A stretch of DNA of 11,911 nt, taken from a bacterium. GTDB lineage: Bacteria; Krumholzibacteriota; Krumholzibacteriia; LZORAL124-64-63. Of the stretch, positions 7,321-11,911 are shown piece after piece. A model generated the notes under the pieces. The model worked only from the letters and a program-made list of their open reading frames with translations, searched no databases and was not told the origin of the DNA. Position 1 is the stretch's first letter; each line of letters opens with the position of its first letter. The DNA lies in contig JANOEP010000001.1 in NCBI GenBank assembly GCA_031441465.1, forward strand, positions 1-11,911, given 5' to 3'. The position numbers and the translations under genes are program-made.

Positions 7321-9161
7321 GACTTACCCTCCAGCACGGCGGTGATCTGTTCCCGAATCTCGCGCGCGGTGAAGGGCTTGCCCTTGACCTTGCCGAAGTG
7401 CAGGAAGCGACGGTCGGGGTACTCGCCCTGGAGCAGGCGGGACAGCTGCCCCATGTTCAGCTCGGGCACGAGGATCTGCTTGTAGCGGGCGAAGAGCTCG
7501 TCCAGCCCGTACGGCAGCGGCCACAGGTGCCGCAGGTGCAGGTGGGCGACCGAGACGTTCTGCTCGCGCCGCAGACGCTCGGTTCCGCTGCGGATCGCGC
7601 CGTAGGTCGAGCCCCATCCCACCACCAGCAGGTCGGCCTCGCGCGGCCCGGTGACTTCGGGCGTCGGGATCGTGTCCCGCACGCCGAGCACCTTGTCGCG
7701 CCGCAGCTCGGACATGAGCTGGTGGTTCTCGGGGTTGTGGCTCACGTTGCCGGTGATGTTCTCCTTCTCGAGGCCGCCGATGCGGTGCTCGAGTCCGGGC
7801 GTGCCGGGGATCGCCCACGGGCGCGCCAGCTTCCCGTCCCGCGCGTAGGGAGCGTAGCCGGCGGGGTCGGTGACGTGGGTCGCCGGGAACCGCGGCAGCT
7901 TGTCCAGGTCGGGCAGCCGCCAGGGCTCCGCGCCGTTGGCGATGTAGTTGTCGCTGAGCAGGATCACCGGCGTCATGTACTGCACGGCGATGCGGCAGGC
8001 CTCCACGGCGCAGTCGAAGGCGTCGGCCGCGGTCGCGCAGGCCAGCACCGGCAGGGGCGCGTCGCTGTTGCGGCCGAACAGGCTCTGCAGCAGGTCCGCC
8101 TGCTCCACCTTGGTCGGCAGGCCGGTCGAGGGGCCGGCGCGCTGCACGTCGACGATGACCAGGGGCAGCTCGGTCATGATGGCCAGGCCGATCGCCTCGG
8201 TCTTGAGCGCCAGGCCGGGGCCCGACGTGGTCGTGCAACCCAGCAGGCCGGCGTACGAGGCGCCGATGGCGGTGCAGATGCCCGCGATCTCGTCCTCCAC
8301 CTGGCAGGTGATCACGCCGTACTCCTTCAGCTCCGCGAGGTGCTGCAGGATGTCGGTGGCCGGGGTGATGGGATAGGAGCCCAGGAACAGCTTCAGCTGC
8401 GCGAGCTCGGCGCCCGCGGCCAGGCCCAGGGCCAGGGCGTGGTTGCCCATGATGTTGCGGTAGGTGCCGGGCAGCGCGTTCTCGACCGGGACCACCTCGT
8501 AACGGCCCTGGAAGACCTCGTGGATGTCGCCGGAGTTGTAGCCCACGCGCAGGGCGGTCTGGTTGGCCTCGGCCAAATCGGGCTTGCCGGCGAACTTGGC
8601 GGCGAGCCACTCGAGCGTCGGCTCGAGGGGGCGGCTGTAGAGCCAGTACATCAGTCCCAGCACGTAGAAGTTCTTGCAGCGCAGGACGTCCTTCGAGGTC
8701 AGCGACGAGCCCTTCAGCGCCTCGGTGACCCGGGCGTTGATGTCGATCGCGATGACGCGGAACCCGTCGAGGGTGCCGTCCTCGAGCGGGTTGGTCGTGA
8801 GCTTGGCCTTCTGCAGGTCGCGCTCCGTGAAGTTGCCCGTGTTGGCAATGATGATGCCGCCGGGGGCGACGTCCTTGTAGTTCACGATCAGCGCCGCGGC
8901 GTTCATGGCCACCAGCACGTCGGGCGTGTCGCCGGCGGTGTAGATGTCGGCGCTGCTGAAGTGGATCTGGAACCCCGAGACTCCCGCCCGCGTGCCGGCC
9001 GGCGCGCGGATCTCGGCGGGGAAGTCGGGGAACGTGGCGAGGTCGTTGCCGACCTTGGCCGTGGTGTCCGTGAACTGGTTGCCGGTGATCTGCATGCCGT
9101 CGCCGGAATCGCCGGCGAAGCGGATCACGACATCGTCCTGCCTGGTCACTGCGATCGACAT
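7317..9161 (-). CDS. korA: 2-oxoacid:ferredoxin oxidoreductase alpha subunit (gamma-alpha fused type), 614 aa
   Basis: Likely start is ATG 9161 (MSIAVTRQDDVVIRFAGDSGDGMQ), with AAGGAGG upstream at a fairly long ~14-nt spacing. Motifs DFPAEIRAP, SYPITPA, EDEIAG, TSGPG, QRAGPSTGLPTK and PELNMGQL. Confidence 0.93.
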   Translation of the reverse strand: MSIAVTRQDDVVIRFAGDSGDGMQITGNQFTDTTAKVGNDLATFPDFPAEIRAPAGTRAGVSGFQIHFSSADIYTAGDTPDVLVAMNAAALIVNYKDVAPGGIIIANTGNFTERDLQKAKLTTNPLEDGTLDGFRVIAIDINARVTEALKGSSLTSKDVLRCKNFYVLGLMYWLYSRPLEPTLEWLAAKFAGKPDLAEANQTALRVGYNSGDIHEVFQGRYEVVPVENALPGTYRNIMGNHALALGLAAGAELAQLKLFLGSYPITPATDILQHLAELKEYGVITCQVEDEIAGICTAIGASYAGLLGCTTTSGPGLALKTEAIGLAIMTELPLVIVDVQRAGPSTGLPTKVEQADLLQSLFGRNSDAPLPVLACATAADAFDCAVEACRIAVQYMTPVILLSDNYIANGAEPWRLPDLDKLPRFPATHVTDPAGYAPYARDGKLARPWAIPGTPGLEHRIGGLEKENITGNVSHNPENHQLMSELRRDKVLGVRDTIPTPEVTGPREADLLVVGWGSTYGAIRSGTERLRREQNVSVAHLHLRHLWPLPYGLDELFARYKQILVPELNMGQLSRLLQGEYPDRRFLHFGKVKGKPFTAREIREQITAVLEGKS

Positions 9162-9423
9162 GGCGTGAAGTGTCGCCTCCTTGCCCTGAGCCGGGCCTTC
9201 GCGGCCGCGTGCCAGGGAGTCGGAATGGTGGGGCCGCCGCAGCGGGCCGTGGACCCCGAAGCGTCGCTGTGCGTGAGGGTTCAAAGTAGTCAAGGGAGCG
9301 GCGCAGGGCCAGAGAAGATCGTTTTCGCCGCGGCCGTATTTCGGCGCCGCAGGCGGCGATGGAGTGCGGCCTTCGCTGTGAAAAGCGACACGGCGCGGTG
9401 CCGCCGACCGGCTGATCGGGGTC

Positions 9424-9441
9424 TAGTTATATTATTAACAA
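9424..9441. promoter_or_regulatory. Rex-like operator (TAGTTAT-ATTA-TTAACAA)
   Basis: Very AT-rich 18-mer in GC-rich DNA. It has 2 mismatches to TTGTTAA-N4-TTAACAA, a variant of the Rex box TTGTGAA-N4-TTCACAA, and lies upstream of korAB. Confidence 0.55.
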
Positions 9442-9457
9442 ACAGGCGGGCCGACGT

Positions 9458-10546
9458 TCAGTATGCCCAGAATTCCAGCGAGTAGCGCCCGCGGTACTCC
9501 GCCCGCAGCACGAGATGTTCCCGCAGACCCGGCGTCGCCAGGATCCGGGCCTCCGCGCTGCCGGATCCGGGCAGCACCAGGACCGCTTCGACGTCGCGGT
9601 AGTGGTTGCGCAGCAGGGCCTCGGCCCGCGCAGGTCCCAGCACGAACAGCGTCGTGGAGAGTCCGTCGGCCTGCGCCGCGCTGCGGGCGATGACCGTCGC
9701 GCTGAGCAGGTCCTCGGCCGGCTGGCCGGTGGACGGGTCCATGATGTGGCCGTAGCGCTGCCCGTCGATCTCCACGAAGCGTTCGTAGGCGCCGCTGGTG
9801 GCCACCGCGCGGTTGGTCAGATCGACGGTCGCGATCAGCTGGTCGCGGTCCAGGGGGTCGCGGATCCCCACGCGCCAGGCGTTGCGCCCCTCGGGCACGC
9901 CCAGGCAGAACAGGTTGCCGCCCAGGTCGAGCATGGCGTCGTCGACGCCCAGCGCCACCAGGTTCGCCAGGGCGCGGTCCACGGCGTAGCCCTTGGCGAT
10001 GCCGCTGAGGTCGAACTGCGTGCCCGCGTCCAGTTTGCGCACCGTGCGGCGGGAGGTGTCGTGTTCGTAACGGCCCAGCAGCGCGCGCGCCGCTTCGATC
10101 TGCGCCGGCGAGGGCAGCCGGCCCTGCGACCGGTAGAACCCCCACAGCCGCATCAGCGGTTCGGCGGTCGGATCGAAAGCGCCGCCGCTCGCGTGCCGCA
10201 GGACCTCGGACATCCGCAGGCAGTCGTTCAGCCACGGCGAGAGTACGACGTCCGTGCCGGCGGGCGCGGCGTTGAGCCGCGCGATCTCGCTGTCCGACCG
10301 CCAGGTGCTGAAGACCGTCTCGATCGAGTCGTAGACGGCCTGCACCAGCTCGGCCGGCCGGCGGTCTCCGGCCAGGGCGCCGGCGTAGACCGTGCCGGTC
10401 GCTTGCGTGCCCATCGTCTGGAAGTCGAAGAGGTGGGCGTCGACTTTCTGCCGGCACTGCAGGAACAGCGCCACGGCCAGCAGCAGCGTCAGCAGCGCGC
10501 CGAAGGCCAGGGGGCGTTTCGAGAGTTGGCGGCGCTCGTGTGACAT
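9458..10546 (-). CDS. apbE: FAD:protein FMN transferase (ApbE family), probably membrane-anchored or a lipoprotein, 362 aa
   Basis: ATG 10546 with a GGAG SD. Basic then hydrophobic N-terminus ending FLQC. Motifs TMGT, SEIARLN, GAFDPT, DLSGIAKGYAVD, DLGGN, ATSGAYE, HIMDPSTG and ADGLST. Confidence 0.93.
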   Translation of the reverse strand: MSHERRQLSKRPLAFGALLTLLLAVALFLQCRQKVDAHLFDFQTMGTQATGTVYAGALAGDRRPAELVQAVYDSIETVFSTWRSDSEIARLNAAPAGTDVVLSPWLNDCLRMSEVLRHASGGAFDPTAEPLMRLWGFYRSQGRLPSPAQIEAARALLGRYEHDTSRRTVRKLDAGTQFDLSGIAKGYAVDRALANLVALGVDDAMLDLGGNLFCLGVPEGRNAWRVGIRDPLDRDQLIATVDLTNRAVATSGAYERFVEIDGQRYGHIMDPSTGQPAEDLLSATVIARSAAQADGLSTTLFVLGPARAEALLRNHYRDVEAVLVLPGSGSAEARILATPGLREHLVLRAEYRGRYSLEFWAY

Positions 10547-10587
10547 GGCGGGTGCTCCGTCGTTTCGGGCCGTCCTGGGACGTGTGG

Positions 10588-11196
10588 TTAGCGGCGGGGC
10601 GGTTCGATGAGTCCTTCGTTGATTAAACAGTATTTCATGGCCTGTTGCGAGATCCCAAATTGTTTGCCGAGTTTTCGGCACAGGCTATTTTCGTAGTTCG
10701 ACAATTCAAGGCCGGAGGCTTCGATGGTTCCCATCCACCCCTCGAAGGCAGGAACCAGATACCGACGTGGAGCGAGAACCATGCGGGCGAACATGCTGGC
10801 CTGAGTTTCCAGCCTGGCATGGATGGCCTGCGGCATCGCGGCGACCCACGAGCGCCACTCCTGTGTGTTGTTGAAGGCTGAGTTCCGGTAGAGGTCGTGG
10901 TGCAGGAAGAGGTGACCCATCTCGTGCGCGATCGTGAATCGGTATCTTTCCGGCCATCGCTCGGAGGTGCCGAGATCAACGGAGATTTCTGAGAGGTCGC
11001 TTGAGATATAGCCCTCGATCTGGAATGCATCACTGAGTCCTGGCAACGGCACGATGTTGATGCCGAGCTGAAATTCGACGATCTCCTCGATCGGGAGAGG
11101 AATGACCTGGTCCGAGTTGTAGGTGCTCCAGAATCGCTCGGCCTGTGTCCTGATGAATTCGGTTTCGAGCAGAGGCACAAGCTCATACCAGTTCAA
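10588..11196 (-). CDS. ImmA/IrrE-family zinc metallo-endopeptidase (202 aa)
   Basis: RYRFTIAHEMGH (HExxH) and LETQASMFARMVLAP (E-x-x-A-x-x-F-A). PLPIEEIVE at the N-terminus and HTH-like LGKQFGISQQAM at the C-terminus. TTG start overlaps the upstream TGA, with a GGAGG SD. Confidence 0.9.
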   Translation of the reverse strand: MNWYELVPLLETEFIRTQAERFWSTYNSDQVIPLPIEEIVEFQLGINIVPLPGLSDAFQIEGYISSDLSEISVDLGTSERWPERYRFTIAHEMGHLFLHHDLYRNSAFNNTQEWRSWVAAMPQAIHARLETQASMFARMVLAPRRYLVPAFEGWMGTIEASGLELSNYENSLCRKLGKQFGISQQAMKYCLINEGLIEPPRR

Positions 11197-11567
11197 TCGT
11201 CGCGTCCTCCGCGGATCATGGTGATCAATTCACGCAGTTTTTCTTCGGTGATCTGTTCCCCGCGAATGGTCCTCAGGAACGCCGGCATCGAGTTCATGAG
11301 TTGCTTGTCGGCGATGATGTCCGCGGGCAGCCGCCCGGATGCGATGGCTGCAGCATCCATGAATATCGTCCAGGCTTCAGTTCCTGGCTCCAGAGCCAGG
11401 TACCGGGCATAGGCCTCAAGCTTGGCTTGATCCTGCGGCGGCGACAGCATCCCGCGTTCCACCTTGCTGATGTAGGCTGGATCGAGACCGGTTCGTGCGC
11501 AGAACGCTCTCAGGGTTTCCTGCAACCGAACACGGTGAGCACGGGTCAGTTCTCCGAATCCAGACAT
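11193..11567 (-). CDS. XRE-family helix-turn-helix transcriptional regulator (124 aa)
   Basis: MSGFGELTRAHR...TLRAFCARTGLDPAYISKVERG is an XRE HTH. ATG 11567 follows a G-rich SD (GGGGGTGG). Translationally coupled to the protease gene. Confidence 0.88.
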   Translation of the reverse strand: MSGFGELTRAHRVRLQETLRAFCARTGLDPAYISKVERGMLSPPQDQAKLEAYARYLALEPGTEAWTIFMDAAAIASGRLPADIIADKQLMNSMPAFLRTIRGEQITEEKLRELITMIRGGRDD

Positions 11568-11609
11568 CGAGCCACCCCCGGTCATTGCTGGTTGACCATG
11601 CCCCGTTCT

Positions 11610-11638
11610 TTGCAGCCCGACGGCTGCTGTTGTATAAA
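11610..11638 (+). promoter_or_regulatory. Candidate sigma70 promoter divergent from the XRE gene
   Basis: TTGCAG (11610-11615), 17-bp spacer, TATAAA (11633-11638). The -10 lies inside the inverted repeat. Confidence 0.4.
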
Positions 11639-11653
11639 ACATACAACAGCAGC
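11623..11653. promoter_or_regulatory. Perfect 13-bp inverted repeat, candidate operator of the XRE regulator
   Basis: GCTGCTGTTGTAT-AAAAC-ATACAACAGCAGC, 55 bp upstream of the XRE start codon, with no flanking U-tract. Confidence 0.65.
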
Positions 11654-11758
11654 TCGATGATCGCCACAGGGATGGTGGTCTACAATGGGAAAGTGCCGAT
11701 CATGCTGTCGAATAATGAAATGCAAGAGATCTTCTCCTTCGGGGCGGGGGCGTCTGGA

Positions 11759-11790
11759 GGGCTCCCTCGCCACGGATGGCGAGGGAGCCC
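11759..11790. repeat. Perfect 14-bp GC-rich hairpin (REP-like, or part of a structured RNA)
   Basis: GGGCTCCCTCGCCA-CGGA-TGGCGAGGGAGCCC, with no poly-T on either side. Confidence 0.7.
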
Positions 11791-11911
11791 GCAAGTCGAG
11801 CGCGGCGGCCGCAGGAAGCCGCCCGAGCGCGTCCCCCCCCCCCAAGGGTAAGAAATCCTCCGTTTGCGGCAGGGAACAGGTGCCAACGCGGGGGGGAAGC
11901 CGGCGACCGCC

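Noticed and set aside
9199..9215. sigma54-like CTGGCACG on the minus strand upstream of korA (and TTGGCAC near 11885)
   Set aside because: GG-to-GC spacing is 9 and 12 nt respectively, not the required 10.
9162..9293. N-terminal extension of KorA from the track start at 9293
   Set aside because: It is not family-like. Homology begins just after Met at 9161, which has an upstream AAGGAGG.
10547..10681. Longer ApbE start at 10681
   Set aside because: It overlaps the protease gene and would bury the signal peptide. ATG 10546 has an SD.
11627..11649. CTGT...ACAG within the palindrome as an E. coli-type LexA box
   Set aside because: The spacer is 15 nt, not 8.
10595..11747. 8-bp direct repeat CGGGGCGG at 10595-10602 and 11740-11747, near both islet edges (possible target-site duplication)
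   Set aside because: A short all-GC word is expected by chance in this genome, and there are no terminal inverted repeats or transposase. Only an empty-site comparison could support it.
11495..11886. ORFs 11495..11851 (+), 11582..11845 (-) and 11680..11886 (-)
   Set aside because: No recognisable motifs or good SD, and they run through the operator, hairpins and homopolymer. A short peptide from ATG 11657 cannot be fully excluded.
11872..11911. AGGTGC...GGGAAGCCGG resembling the start of a cobalamin riboswitch
   Set aside because: The expected GGTGxAAxTCC continuation is absent (CGACCGCC follows), and the window ends before a B12 box could be checked.

Overview
High-GC bacterial window (roughly 70% GC in sampled lines) with three blocks. 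(1) 2-6253 (+): a cbb3-type cytochrome c oxidase operon, ccoI (5'-truncated)-ccoS-ccoNO (fused)-ccoQ-ccoP (monoheme)-ccoG, ending in a 40-aa CcoH/FixH-like membrane peptide and a hairpin terminator. (2) 6328-10546 (-): 2-oxoacid:ferredoxin oxidoreductase beta and alpha genes, a ~300-bp upstream region with a Rex-like box, and an ApbE flavin transferase. (3) ~10588-11740 (-): a lower-GC islet with an XRE-HTH regulator coupled to an ImmA/IrrE-family HExxH protease. A perfect 13-bp inverted repeat upstream of the pair overlaps a divergent sigma70-like promoter, which points into a strongly structured non-coding stretch (11741-11897). The most unusual points are an extra transmembrane hairpin in the CcoN-CcoO linker, the reduced CcoH, and the protease/repressor/operator/structured-element module. 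All family calls come from motif recognition; no searches were run.
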